This document shows positions 33,215 to 44,612 of a DNA stretch of 64,000 bases, in pieces; positions within the stretch are counted from its first letter, which is position 1, and each line of letters opens with the position of its first letter. The notes beneath the pieces were generated by a model. The model ran no database searches. It had not been told where the DNA came from and saw nothing but the letters and a program-made list of their open reading frames with translations. The DNA lies in contig NC_062566.1 in the NCBI RefSeq assembly GCF_022837055.1, forward strand, positions 66,862,464 through 66,926,463, written 5' to 3'. The translations under genes were made by a program, and so were the position numbers. The DNA comes from Prionailurus viverrinus. Taxonomy: Eukaryota.

Positions 33215-33555
33215 CTGCAGGCAGAAAAGACACAGAAGGGCTCAGGGGCTTCTCTATTTGCCATTTCGAGATGTACGGGAAGATGAGAACTTGCCACCCC
33301 AGAATGAAGTGTTCACACCACTTCTGCGGCCTGCCTCCATTACCAGTAGAGAAGACTGGGACAGATGTTCCCTTGCCGCCATCCTATAGGACTCTTCTAA
33401 CCCAGTCCTATGGCTGGAGAGGAGAAGTCATCTGCTGATCCACTCTCTGAAATCGTTTGCCACACTTCCCATATCAATCCATATTTACTTCATAAGGCAA
33501 GATTTAACTTACTTTTAAATTGTATTTTAAAGATTAACTCCTTATTCCAAAAACT

Positions 33556-33782
33556 GGAAATTATTTTTTTAATTAATTTTTTTTTCTTAACATTTATTTA
33601 TCATTGAGAGCAAAGCATGAGCATGGGAGGGGCAGAGAGAGGAGGAGACACAGAATCTGAAGCAGGCTCCAGGCTCTGAGCTGTCAGCACAGAGCCCGAC
33701 GTGGGGCTCAAACCCACAAACTGCGAGATCATGACCTGAGCTGAAGTCGGACACTCAACCAACTGAGCCAACCAGGCGCCCC
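33556..33782 (-). mobile_element. Can-SINE in a TEP1 intron
   Basis: ...gtggggctcaaacccacaaactgcgagatcatgacctgagctgaagtcggacactcaaccaactgagccaaccaggcgcccc. Confidence 0.85.
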
Positions 33783-34611
33783 GAAAACTGGCAATTAAAG
33801 GGGACAAAAAAAAGAACATTTGTCCCACGTTTCTAGTTGAATCTTTACTTCAGGGTAACTAAACAGCTTTAGTTGACAAGGCAAGTTCTTTTTAGAATTC
33901 CAGCTAATGAATACGGGAATGGAGAAAACTCCCATTCTAGAACTATTAATGAAACAATTGGTTCAGGAAGAGATCACCAATGGATGAACTATCAACTTCC
34001 AGTGAAGAGATCAGGCTATAACCATTTAAACACATGGGTCAATCTTAGTTAACATCACACTGAGTAGGACCACAGATCTTTGGCGACTCATGATCCTTTA
34101 TCCTATGAGGAGGTTAAAAAAAAAAAAAAAAGTCTGCTGGTCTCACTCATAGCATACAAAGGATCTCCTATGAAATATTCTTGCAAGGAAAAAAAAAGTG
34201 AAATCTGAATCTGTACAAGCCTTTAGAGTTAATGCCCTCAGTACATGAAACAGAAACAAGTTAGAAGACACCATGAGGAAGTTGACAAATCCAGAATGTG
34301 GGACATTCTGCAGAGCCCTTGAACCCAGTGTCTGCAGCAAGTCAATGGTATGAAGACAAAGATTAAAAGAAATATGAGAGACTTAATAATCAAATATAAT
34401 GTGTATGCCTTATTTGGATTCTGATTTGAATAAAATTGTAAAATCATACTTTTGAGATAATTGGGAAATTTGAATATGGACTAGATAATAAATGATAATA
34501 CCAAGGAATTATTTTCAGTTCTATTAGGTATATTAATGACATTTTAGTTACATAAGACAATATCTGTTTTAATTTCTTTTTCTTAAGTACTTACTTAAGA
34601 ATAAACAAATT

Positions 34612-34800
34612 TGGAGAAATTTTGAGAGAGAGCTAGCATGAGCAGGGGAGGGGCAGAGGGAGAGAGGAGAGAATCCCAAGCAGGCCCTGCACTCTCAGCA
34701 CAGAGCCCAACTTGCGGCTCAAACTCACAAACTATGAGATCATGACCTGAGTCAAAATCAAGAAGCGTACACTCAATCAACTGAGCCACCCAGGAGCCCC
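34612..34800 (-). mobile_element. Can-SINE in a TEP1 intron
   Basis: ...ctatgagatcatgacctgagtcaaaatcaagaagcgtacactcaatcaactgagccacccaggagcccc. Confidence 0.8.
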
Positions 34801-34837
34801 AAAAATTCCTGCTTTAAAAGACACACATGAGCAGTGC

Positions 34838-35040
34838 CTGGGTGGCTCAGTTGCTTAAATGTCTGACTTTGGCTCAGGTCATGATCTCACAATTTTGTGG
34901 GTTTGAGCTCCACATCAGGCTGTCCTGACAGCTCACAGCCTGGTGCCTGGTTCAGATTCTGTCTCCCTCTCTCTCTGTCCCTCCCCTACTTGTGTTCTGT
35001 CTCTCTCTCTTTCTCTCAAATATAAATAAACGAAAAAAAA
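34838..35040 (+). mobile_element. Can-SINE in a TEP1 intron
   Basis: agcagtgcctgggtggctcagttgcttaaatgtctgactttggctcaggtcatgatctcacaattttgtgggtttgagctcc...caaatataaataaacg. Confidence 0.85.
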
Positions 35041-35360
35041 TTTTTAAAGAGACACACATGAAATATGAAAGGATGAAATAAAATGTATCATATTATTCAG
35101 CATTTGTTCTTAAGAACATCTTCCCCCAAAAAAGAAGGGACCAAAAGAACTACAGTAAAATCTAGATAATCACTGAATATGGCTAATAGTTTTATGAGAG
35201 TCCATTATACTATTCTCATTATTTGTGTTTAAAATTTTTTCATAATAATGTTTTTAATCTAGAAAATTCAATAGTCTCTACCAGTATTATCCAACAGAAT
35301 TAAATTACAATTAATGGAATGAAATGAAATAAAAATTACACATGTAATTAAAAATTTTTA

Positions 35361-35575
35361 GGGGCGCCTGCGTGGCGCAGTCGGTTAAGCGTCCGACTTC
35401 AGCCAGGTCACGATCTTGCGGTCCGTGAGTTCGAGCCCCACGTCAGGCTCTGGGCTGATGGCTCAGAGCCTGGAGCCTGTTTCCGATTCTGTGTCTCCCT
35501 CTCTCTCTGCCCCTCCCCCGTTCATGCTCTGTGTCTCTCTGTCCCAAAAATAAATAAAAACGTTGAAAAAAAAAT
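35361..35575 (+). mobile_element. Young Can-SINE (near-consensus, CpG-rich) in a TEP1 intron
   Basis: ggggcgcctgcgtggcgcagtcggttaagcgtccgacttcagccaggtcacgatcttgcggtccgtgagttcgagccccacgtcaggctctgggctgatggctcagagcctggagcctgtttccgattc...; about 98% identical to the copy at 40692-40915. Confidence 0.9.
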
Positions 35576-35824
35576 TTTTTTTTAATTTTTAGTAGCCACA
35601 TTAAAAAAGTAAAAATAGGAGAAATTAACTTAATATACATAATATGTTAAAATATTTTCACCTTAACACATAATTAACACAAAAGTTATGAAAGAGATAT
35701 TTTACATCCTTTTTCACACTGTCCTCAAAATCCAGCACATCTCAGGCCCAATTAGCCACATGTGGCTAGTGGCCACTATATTGGCCAGCAAAGGCACGTT
35801 GTTTCGACTGGATGCCAAGCTTGA

Positions 35825-36047
35825 TTCTTTTTTCTTTTTTTTAAACGTTTATTTATTTTTGAGACAGAGAAAGACAGAGCATGAATGGGGGAGGGTCAGA
35901 GAGAGAGGAAGACACAGAATCTGAATCAGGCTTCAGGCTCTGAGCTGTCAGCACAGAGCCCAATGCGGGGCTCGAACTCACGGACCACGAGATCATGACC
36001 TGAGCTGAAGTCAGATGCTTAACCAACTGAGCCACCCAGGTATCTCA
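35825..36047 (-). mobile_element. Can-SINE with TSD
   Basis: ...ggaccacgagatcatgacctgagctgaagtcagatgcttaaccaactgagccacccaggtatctc; TSD caagcttgattctt. Confidence 0.85.
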
Positions 36048-36524
36048 CAAGCTTGATTCTTAAATGGCCCTGTGTTCAGCCACTGATTCACTGATTCAGG
36101 AGATAATCAGGCCACTGAGTGGCCAGGAACCTCCTAGTAGGTTAGATGAGCCCTGAGTTTGTCTTGAATGAAAATGAATGAAGATTCTATTGAAGCATCT
36201 AAAGCATAGAGTGCTGGGACTTCATCAAACTTACAGAACAGGGTTTATGTCTGAGTTTGAGCCTGCTTGATGTTAACTATCTTTATATATATGTAAAGAC
36301 TATATATCTATATATATAAAAATGAGAAAGTAAATGAGTCAGAAAATAAAGACAGAGAAAGAGAGAGAAACAAAAAGAACAAACAGATATCTTGGAGAAG
36401 AAAAAGAAACTGAACCAGAGTAGAAGCAGAGGACACTAGCATACACTAAGAGAAGGGAAATGTTACGTAGATTCACAGAACCCACAGAAACCAATAAGAC
36501 AATCACATAATAAATAGGAGGCCC

Positions 36525-36730
36525 AGGGGTGCCTGGGTGGCTCAGTCAGTTGAGCATCCATCTTTGGCTCAGGTCATGATCACACAGTACCTGAGTTCAA
36601 GCCCCACATCAGGCTCTCTGCTGTCAGCATAGAGCCTGCTTGGGTTCCTCTCTTTCTCCCTCTGTCTCTGCCCCTCCCCCAACTCAAAAATAAAAATTAA
36701 ACATTAAAAATAAAATAAAATAAAATAAAT
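36525..36730 (+). mobile_element. Can-SINE (first of a tandem pair at one target site)
   Basis: ggggtgcctgggtggctcagtcagttgagcatccatctttggctcaggtcatgatcacacagtacctgagttcaagcccc...aaaataaaataaaataaatt; flanked by ggaggccca. Confidence 0.85.
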
Positions 36731-36741
36731 TGGAGGCCCAG

Positions 36742-36985
36742 GGGCGCCTGGGTGGCTCAGTCGGTTAAGAATCCGACTTCAGCTTGCGTCATGATCTCAC
36801 AGTCTGTGAGTTCAAGTCCTGCGTCGGGCTCTGTGCTGACAGCTCAGAGCCTGGAGCCTGCTGCAGATTCTGTGTCTCCCTCTCTCTCTGCCCCTCCCCT
36901 GCTCATGCTCTGTCTCTCTCTGTCTCAAAAATAACTAAAAACATTTTTAAAAAATTTAAAAAATAAAATAAAATAAATTGGAGGC
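36742..36985 (+). mobile_element. Can-SINE (second of the tandem pair, younger, CpG-rich)
   Basis: ggggcgcctgggtggctcagtcggttaagaatccgacttcagcttgcgtcatgatctcacagtctgtgagttcaagtcctgcgtcgggctctgtgctgacagctcag...; flanked by taaattggaggccca on both sides. Confidence 0.85.
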
Positions 36986-37212
36986 CCACAGTTTTGTTTT
37001 TCATGATCTCACCACAGGACAATGTTAAAGACAAGGTTTGCTATGCAAGAGACAATTGGAACCAGGCAAGTCTGAGCCACTGGGACAAGTATGTCTTACA
37101 GAATAAAATTTGGGGTTGTCAGATGACTCCGAAGCCCTGTAAGGGTGCCTCTTGTTGCCCACCCTTGCTCCCAGATAGCACATGCACATATGCACATTTG
37201 TGTACGTGCGTG

Positions 37213-37220
<8 letters not shown>

Positions 37221-37255
<35 letters not shown>
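37221..37255. repeat. (CA)17 / (GT)17 microsatellite that begins the TEP1 intron immediately after the donor of coding exon 11
   Basis: cacacacacacacacacacacacacacacacacac on + strand; on the - strand the intron starts gtgtgtgt... right after exon end 37256. Confidence 0.9.
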
Positions 37256-37257
<2 letters not shown>

Positions 37258-37442
37258 GGCCTTTTGTATTTTCAGCTTTTCCCGCTTAAGCTGCTCATAT
37301 ATCACAGGTATCATCATTGTTGTCCGAAGTTCCCGACGACTTGGGTTGCGAGGATACCTCCGATAGGTCCAATTCTTTTTCTTTCTCGCATTTCTAATCA
37401 TTATCGAATGTACCAGTTTTGTGTTGGAAGGAAGTGGCAATG
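37256..37442 (-). CDS. TEP1: TEP1 coding exon 11
   Basis: acceptor cacacag|C, donor CAG|gtgtgt (intron begins with a (GT)17 tract); (A)LPLPSNTKLVHSIMIRNARKKKNWTYRRYPRNPSRRELRTTMMIPVIYEQLKREKLKIQKA; ORF 37096..37542. Confidence 0.85.
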
Positions 37443-37673
37443 CTGTGTGAAGACAGGTAAGCATCTGAGTCAAGCAGCTTCTAGTCCCCCCTCTTGCCCT
37501 CCCACCAATACCGGTCCTGAGCCTGGACCCTTGGACTGGCAAGTGTCTGACCTCTGCCCACCCTACACTCTGAGACTAGAAAGCAAGAGGCTGACACATA
37601 CGAAGGCTCCTGTTTCACCTACTCTCAGACATGAGAAACAAATGGGATTCAGAAGAAGACAGATAATAAATAC

Positions 37674-37764
37674 CTTTATTTTTGAGCTGAGTCTCAAGGT
37701 TATTGATGGAATCATGGGCATTAAGGAATCTGAATGGAAACTGCCGACTGTGGATCACCGATTT
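37674..37764 (-). CDS. TEP1: TEP1 coding exon 10
   Basis: acceptor ctttccag|A, donor G|gtattt; KSVIHSRQFPFRFLNAHDSINNLETQLKNK. Confidence 0.8.
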
Positions 37765-37792
37765 CTGGAAAGCAAAGGAGGGGTCATCACAT

Positions 37793-37935
37793 TGGGCTCT
37801 GTGCTGACAGCTCAGAGCCTGGAGTCTGCTTCAGATTGTGTGCCCTCCCCCCGCCCTGCCCCCACTCACGCTCTGTCTCGCTCTGTCTCTAAAAATAAAT
37901 AAATGTGAAAACAAAACAAAACAAACAAACAAAAA
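37793..37935 (+). mobile_element. 5'-truncated Can-SINE in a TEP1 intron with TSD
   Basis: gggctctgtgctgacagctcagagcctggagtctgcttcagattgtgtgccc...ctctaaaaataaataaatg; TSD aaaggaggggtcat. Confidence 0.8.
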
Positions 37936-38442
37936 AACAAACAAAGGAGGGGTCATGAGCAAAGTATCAGGGAGTATGGGGTGGGGAGGTAATCAGGGTC
38001 CTTAGGAGCCAGGAATCTGAGATAACTACTCTATTAGACTTGTGGGCAAGTGAGGAAGTATAAAATGGATTTTACAGAAGAGATACAGAGAAAGCTGGAG
38101 AAGAATAAAGAAAAAAGAAAGTTGTCAAGTGAGAAAATGAGAAGAGGTAAAGAAAAATGGAGAAGTAACAGAAGGAGCCTTGTTTCTTTTCTATCAGACG
38201 CCCTCTGAAGTCAGTTACATCACAAAAGTGCTTCTTTCTTCTTGGTAAATCAGTGATCCCAGAAAATAAAAAGGAAAAGTTTTTATACTTGAATCTCTGG
38301 GGGTTGTCTCCCTACATCTGTCTCCCCATGTACCTGTATATAGCTCATGTGGAATTAGCTTGGTGGCCATGACCTTCCCCAGCCACAAGGAAGATGTGGC
38401 AGCATCTCCACACCCACTAGTCCTCCTGAGCCTCACACATAC

Positions 38443-38552
38443 CTCATGCTGGAGTTTCTGGAGCACAAGCTCATGGTGGCGGGCACTGATTCCAACCCGC
38501 AGCAGGTTGCACAGATTCCGAAGCATGGCCATGAAGGGTAGCTTCCCATTCT
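38443..38552 (-). CDS. TEP1: TEP1 coding exon 9
   Basis: acceptor ccacag|A, donor GAG|gtatgt; (E)NGKLPFMAMLRNLCNLLRVGISARHHELVLQKLQHE; ORF 38215..38532. Confidence 0.85.
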
Positions 38553-38876
38553 CTGTGGAGGGTCAGCACAGGGTGAGGAAAGCAAACAAAGGACGAGTAA
38601 GAGAGCTCACAGACCAGAGCAAGAAGTCATGTAGAAAATTCAGGATGGAGAGAGTGAGGTACTATAACATGTGATCTATCCTACTCAAAATGTTTTAGAG
38701 GTCTGGAAAGATAAAAACAGGATTGGCCTGAAGTGTGGAGCAAGATTTATACAATACTGTTTATGGAATGTCTGTTTGAATAAACAACGTCTATTATTAC
38801 TTTGTCTGCTGGCTCCAGCCCTGAGATTGGACTTAACTGGCAAAACATATTCTTTAATCTAGAGTAATGATTTCCA

Positions 38877-39095
38877 AGGGTGCCTGGGTGACTCAGTCGG
38901 TTGAGCATCCATCTTCAGCTCAGGTCATGATCTCACAGTTCGTGAGTTCAACTCCGAGTGGGGCTCTGTGCTGACAGCTCAGATCCTGGAGCCTGTTTCA
39001 GACTCTGTGTCTCCCTCTCTCTCTCTGCTCCTCCCCTACTCGCACGCGCGTGCACGCGCTCTCTCAAAAATAAACAAACATTAAAAAAATAAATT
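38877..39095 (+). mobile_element. Can-SINE in a TEP1 intron
   Basis: gggtgcctgggtgactcagtcggttgagcatccatcttcagctcaggtcatgatctcacagttcgtgagttcaactcc...caaaaataaacaaacattaaaaaaa. Confidence 0.85.
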
Positions 39096-39487
39096 TGTTA
39101 ATGATTTCTAAACAGTATAGATGGTGAAATGTGAAATTTCCTAGTGTAAGTTTGTTTATTAATAAATACATATGCACTGCAATCAGTAGTTAATATTTCT
39201 AGGCACAATATACACCTAAGGTAAGGTTCACCTTCAATTATAGTGAATGTAAATTCATATTTCAAATAATCTTCCTGCTTATTTCTAAGTTCTCTGGCAA
39301 ACTTCTTGTGAAATATGACTAAATAGTCATTGTTTTTCATTTAAATGCAGGTGAAAAAGATTTGCACTGAAGCAGAATTTTGCCCCATCCCTTTCTTATC
39401 ATCTGTTTGTTTTGTAATACTAGTATCATCTTCAAGTCATAGTTTCTTAACAATAATCTTTTTAAGGCTTATGTATATTCTATTTTA

Positions 39488-39680
39488 TTTTAGTTTTGAT
39501 GTTTATTTTTGAGAGAGATAGAGTGCAAGTAGGGGAGGGATGGAGAAAGAGGGGGACAGAGGAACCGAAGCCAGCTCTGCAGTGACAGCAGTGAGCCCTC
39601 ATATGGGGCCTGAATTCACATGAGATCATGACCTGAGCCAAAGTCAGATGACCAACTGACCGAGCCACCCACATGCCCCA
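39488..39680 (-). mobile_element. Can-SINE (diverged)
   Basis: ...gggcctgaattcacatgagatcatgacctgagccaaagtcagatgaccaactgaccgagccacccacatgcccc. Confidence 0.8.
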
Positions 39681-40691
39681 AGGCTTATGTCAATTTTAGA
39701 TGGTTAGTTTGGTTAAGGCTGAATAATAATTCTAAATCCACTTACAATTCAAGGATAAATACTGATAAGTCATTATGCAGAAACCAAAAAAGAGTGAGGG
39801 GATTTCATGGATGCACATTGTGAAACCCCTACTCTTCCTCAATAAACTTGAACTCTCATATGGGACATGTACCATAGAACACATGGACTGAGTGATGATA
39901 GGGGTTTGATCCATATGGTAAATAGTGGGAATATTCTTTCTTTTAGATAAGGGTAAACATAAGGAGGAGGTGTGATAGTTTTCCTGGGTACCCCCAGAGG
40001 TGTATTCAGACCACTTTAGAGACATGACCTGTCAGCCCCTGCTCCCACCCCAAGCTCTTCCAGCAGCTTTCATCAAGAGAGTGGTGGTGCCTTTTTTTAA
40101 GGTGAAGTAAGTCTCCTTTGAATTATAGGGAGAAGCTTTGAGCCTTCTCGAAGTCCTGGTGTTCTCAAGTTCATAATTCTCGTTCACAAACTGTATAGAA
40201 CAATTAGGTTGATATATACCATGTAAACTATGTGTGACAACTGGTAAACTATTACATCCTTCATCAACTCATAAAGTGTTCTCAACTATTGCTGTGTATG
40301 AAAGGCTTTCTAGATCACTTAGATAAAAAATTAAGTCAAATATCATATTTATGACACTAGAAAATAAACTGAACATTTATCCTTTACACTGAGAAATTCA
40401 CCGATTGCATTCCAAAAAACTGTTAGTGAGTTATTAATGAGCCCTGTGTTCTCCAAAGAGGGGTCTATGTAATTACATTTAATCTTATATTTTATTCTTA
40501 TTCTTATAATTATTTACATTTTTTGTATTTTATTTATTTATACTTTCAGATCTGTATTTACATAATTATATTTTATGTATTTCCTAAAGTACATAATTTA
40601 TTCGTACATATATCAGACTGTTTTAATTATATATACATATATTCTGGTATATTCCAAAACTTTTTGTGTAATATAAGATCAAAAAACTCTG

Positions 40692-40915
40692 GGGGCGCCT
40701 GGGTGGCGCAGTCGGTTAAGCGTCCGACTTCAGCCAGGTCACGATCTCGCGGTCCGGGAGTTCGAGCCCCGCGTCAGGCTCTGGGCTGATGGCTCAGAGC
40801 CTGGAGCCTGTTTCGGATTCTGTGTCTCCCTCTCTCTCTGCCCCTCCCCCGTTCATGCTCTGTCTCTCTCTGTCCCAAAAATAAATAAAACGTTGAAAAA
40901 AAAAAAAATTTTTAA
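40692..40915 (+). mobile_element. Young Can-SINE (near-consensus) in a TEP1 intron with TSD
   Basis: ggggcgcctgggtggcgcagtcggttaagcgtccgacttcagccaggtcacgatctcgcggtccgggagttcgagccccgcgtcaggctctgggctgatggctcag...; TSD aaaaaactctgg. Confidence 0.9.
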
Positions 40916-41913
40916 AAAAACTCTGGAGACCACCAGATTAGACTATGGGCATTAGTCTCAGCCTAGATAAATGACAGTTTTAATTTTCAGGGGCAGAGGG
41001 AGGAAGTGGAGATGACACATACCAGAATCATCTACACATCCTAGATGCCATCCTTCAGGACAGACTTCATCCTATTCCACTCAAAGTATCAAATGTTGGG
41101 GAAGAGGCTATCAGGCATGTGTGTATGCATGTGTGTATTCAATTCCCATGTGATTCTGATGGCTACACCACCACAGTGAGAGCAGGGACAGATAAACAGC
41201 TAAGCAATTTGGGCTGCCGTGAGTATAATCTGTACTTGGCAGTTCACTGAGAAACAGGTAAAAACAAAGGGGGCTTCTGAAGCTCCAAAATATGAAGTCT
41301 CCAAAACTCAAGCAGTCAAAAGATCTACAGCAAGATATTTTTCAACAGATAGAAGCTGACTTGAAATTTTCAAAGATGAAAGAGGAAGTAAAAAAAGACA
41401 AAATCGCATAGAAAGAGCCTTCTATAGTTAAAAATAGGCTAAAAGAGACAAACAGAAGACTGAAAGTAACTTGGGCCTCCCAATTTAAAATGTTTTTTTT
41501 TTTATCAGTATGGGCAAATGACCTAAATAGTCCATGTCCTAAATATGGGTTTCTGTGGAGATTCCAATATGCCGTGTGCCAGTCCTATCTTGTTTGGATG
41601 GCTTACCCAGTATGATGCAAGTGAAATCAGAGAGAAGGTACCACTTTTGTCATGTGTCGGTAGAGGCTGGTGCATCACCTAGCCACATCTGGAAGAATGA
41701 TCTCCCTTATGATGCCAATGCTACTAAAAGCAGGTACCCCTGGTCCACTTTGGTGCAGTCAGTGGCAAACCTCATAAATCCGATCACTTTCAGTGATGAA
41801 ACCACCAGGCAAGAGAATAACTGTACCATGCCATGGAAATTAAGTCAGGGTCCAAAATGTAGAGGTATGCATGGGGAAGAGAGGAAGGGCATATAGGGTC
41901 AAAGTTACTCTAC

Positions 41914-42071
41914 CAATGAGTTCCTCCCAGACAGAAGCTTTGTTTCCCCTCAAGCTCAGCTCCCGCTCCCAGGTCTCCGGCCGAGGGAGCTTCATCCGCT
42001 TCCCAGCTCTGCTAGAATCCCATGGCCCAGGGAGGCGACTTCGAGAAAACTTTTGTAGGGTGGATGGGTAT
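41914..42071 (-). CDS. TEP1: TEP1 coding exon 8
   Basis: acceptor gttgcag|A, donor G|gtagag; (R)YPSTLQKFSRSRLPGPWDSSRAGKRMKLPRPETWERELSLRGNKASVWEELI. Confidence 0.85.
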
Positions 42072-42280
42072 CTGCAACAGAGGAAGAAAAGCTTATCATT
42101 TCCAGGCCAGCTGAAAATAACTCAGAAAAGAAAATGTCAGTCAGTCAAAGTCACATTTACAGGCCATATCTGCCTAAACTAATGTTGCTGGAGTCAGAAC
42201 TACAGGCGCTGGGACCATGGATGTTGAAAAAGCCATGGCGTTACCCAGGTGGAAGGTATGCTCAGGGTGTGTCTTCTCAC

Positions 42281-42402
42281 CTGTAGCCCAGCAGAGCTTG
42301 GACATGCTGAGCAGGCTCCTGGATATGCAGTCGCCGTACTAACTTCTTCAGGGTGAATCTCGGCTGAATTTTCTTTGGCACTGCATTGTAGGTCTCCTCA
42401 AA
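42281..42402 (-). CDS. TEP1: TEP1 coding exon 7
   Basis: acceptor ttccacag|T, donor AG|gtgaga; FEETYNAVPKKIQPRFTLKKLVRRLHIQEPAQHVQALLGY. Confidence 0.8.
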
Positions 42403-43002
42403 CTGTGGAAATATCCCTCAAGTCACACAGGGGTCATTTAATCTATGACCATAGTCACTTGCTTCAGAAATCAGAACCTCAGACCTCCTATAGCTATGAG
42501 GTCATTTCTTTCCCCAAAGTAGATCTAGGTAAAGAGTAGGAATGGGGGCAAAAATCTCCAGCAACAAGAGTTTCTGCGGAGAACACATGATAGTAGCTCT
42601 TTGGGGTCACTGTGTTTCATTTACACAAGATTGAGCTATCAGTAGTTACCGTGACATAATTGGCTTGTGAAAAACAAGATTGGGATAAAATGAACAGAGA
42701 ACATCTTATTCTTAGGAGGGAAAGGAAAAAAGCAGCTCTTATTTAAATCACTGAGACTTGCAGGAGGAGGTAAATGGAGGTATCAGCACAATGCAAGCTG
42801 TGAGGAATGAATAAACTGAAAGAAGTGGCTTCCAGAATCATCTATGGTAGAAGAGCCAAGTTTGGGATGTATTAGGATAAAGAGAAAAAATCAGTTGACC
42901 AAGTGAAATGTATTCTCTTATAACACTATCATACATTTTCCTAACAATCAATTTTAATGATGATTGGTGACAGCCAACACTTATTCAGTGCCACGTACTG
43001 TT

Positions 43003-43050
43003 AGTATGTATGTATGTATGTATGTATGTATGTATGTATGTATGTATTTA
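43003..43050. repeat. (GTAT)n microsatellite
   Basis: gtatgtatgtatgtatgtatgtatgtatgtatgtatgtat. Confidence 0.9.
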
Positions 43051-43222
43051 GAGAGGGAGAAACTGCAAGCCAGGGAGAAGGTCATAGGGAAAAAGAATCC
43101 CAAGCAGGCTCCACACTCAGCACAAAGCGTGATGCGGGACTCGATCTCAAGACCCTGGGATCACAATCTGAGCAGAAATCAAGAGTTGGATGCTCAACCA
43201 ACTGAGCCACCCAGGTATCCCA
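43045..43222 (-). mobile_element. Can-SINE (older subfamily) preceded by a (GTAT)n microsatellite
   Basis: ...gatcacaatctgagcagaaatcaagagttggatgctcaaccaactgagccacccaggtatccc. Confidence 0.8.
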
Positions 43223-43774
43223 GAAATACTTCAAATTCAGTAACTGATTTAATCTTCACAAAACCCCAATGAAGCACCCAGTGAGGTGCTATTACTATCC
43301 CCATTTTATATCTGAGAAAACTGAGGGAATAGAGGGTAAGTCATTTGGCTAACGTCACATAGCCCACAAGTGGTGGTGGTGGTGGGATTGAAACCCAGGA
43401 CTAAGTCCTGATTCTGTGATCTTAACCACTAAGTGCAGTGCCTTATTTGTCATTAACGCAAAAAGGTTTTGTTTGGTTTGTTTTTCAAACATCCCATGAA
43501 AGGTAGATGTTTCACACATTTTAAAGTCACTTATCCCGCTGGACATGCCACCTGTCAGTAAATACCAAGGGGGGCAAACTGAAAAATAAAAGGAGCCTTT
43601 CCCTGTGCTCTCAAAATCTGACCCTATTATCATGACCGAGAAGTGACCAGGTAGGAAATTGATATGTGCCTACCACACCATTAGTATTTCTAAACCAAAT
43701 GGAATTCCATTTCAAAATATTAGTTGAGAAAAAGTTGAACATGCACATATAGAACCCCGGAACAAGGCACTCAC

Positions 43775-43849
43775 CTTCTTCTGTTCATCTTTAAGAGGAT
43801 TAAGGTACCTTGGCAAACGTTGTGTCTCAGAAAATGGGCACCCCGTCTT
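43775..43849 (-). CDS. TEP1: TEP1 coding exon 6
   Basis: acceptor ctgcag|A, donor AAG|gtgagt; KTGCPFSETQRLPRYLNPLKDEQKK. Confidence 0.75.
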
Positions 43850-43874
43850 CTGCAGGGACAGAAAAGCAATTTCA

Positions 43875-44122
43875 TTTTATTATTTATTATTTATTTTTTT
43901 AATGTTTATTTGAGAGAGAGAGAGAGAGAGAGAGAGTACGCGTGCGTGCACAAGTTGGAGAGGGGCAAAGAGAGAAGGACAGAGAAAATCCCAAGCAGGC
44001 TCCATGCTTAGTGCAGATCCTGACACGGGGCTCAATCTCACTACTGTGCACAATCATGACCTAAGCCGATATCAAGAGTCAGATGCTTAACTGACTGAGC
44101 CACCCAGGGGCCCCAATTTTTA
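43875..44122 (-). mobile_element. Can-SINE (first of two adjacent copies) in a TEP1 intron
   Basis: ...caatcatgacctaagccgatatcaagagtcagatgcttaactgactgagccacccaggggcccc; (ga)n in tail. Confidence 0.85.
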
Positions 44123-44124
44123 TT

Positions 44125-44308
44125 TATTTTTTTAATTTGAGAGAAAGAGAGTGAGTCGGGGAGGGAGGAAGAGGGAGAGAGAGAATCTCAAGTAGGCTCC
44201 ACACTCAGCGTGGAGCCCAATGTGGGGCCTGATCCCATGACCCTACGATCATGACTTGAGCCGAAACCAAGTCAGATGCTCAACTGACTGAACCACCAGG
44301 TGCCCCAG
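44125..44308 (-). mobile_element. Can-SINE (second adjacent copy)
   Basis: ...acgatcatgacttgagccgaaaccaagtcagatgctcaactgactgaaccaccaggtgcccc. Confidence 0.8.
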
Positions 44309-44612
44309 AAGAAGCAATTTCAAAAAGGGAAATGGAGCTTGTCCCTAGAGAGGTTCATTCCAATAGTTCCAAAAACCCCTCTACCAAAAAGAAAGCCACT
44401 CAGGAAAGAGGTAAGCCCTGCCCTCTCTGCCCCTGAGCTCTGCTCGGCTCCTCTGCCTTTCTCTGACTCCTTTTATTTCTGGTAGTAGGGACATCCCAGA
44501 TGCTCAGTGTGGGACCTCGCAGAGTCAGCATGTTCCTTTGACCCCCCCACCCCCGCCACCTTCCAGAAAAAAGGGGCCTGGCTGTGAATGACCAGGTTGA
44601 CCAGGGACTGAC

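Noticed and set aside
36994-37902. 302-aa + strand ORF
   Set aside because: It runs through SINE tails, a (CA)17 microsatellite (the HTHTHTHT... stretch) and TEP1 exon 10/11 antisense; low-complexity and repeat-derived, with no splice or homology support.
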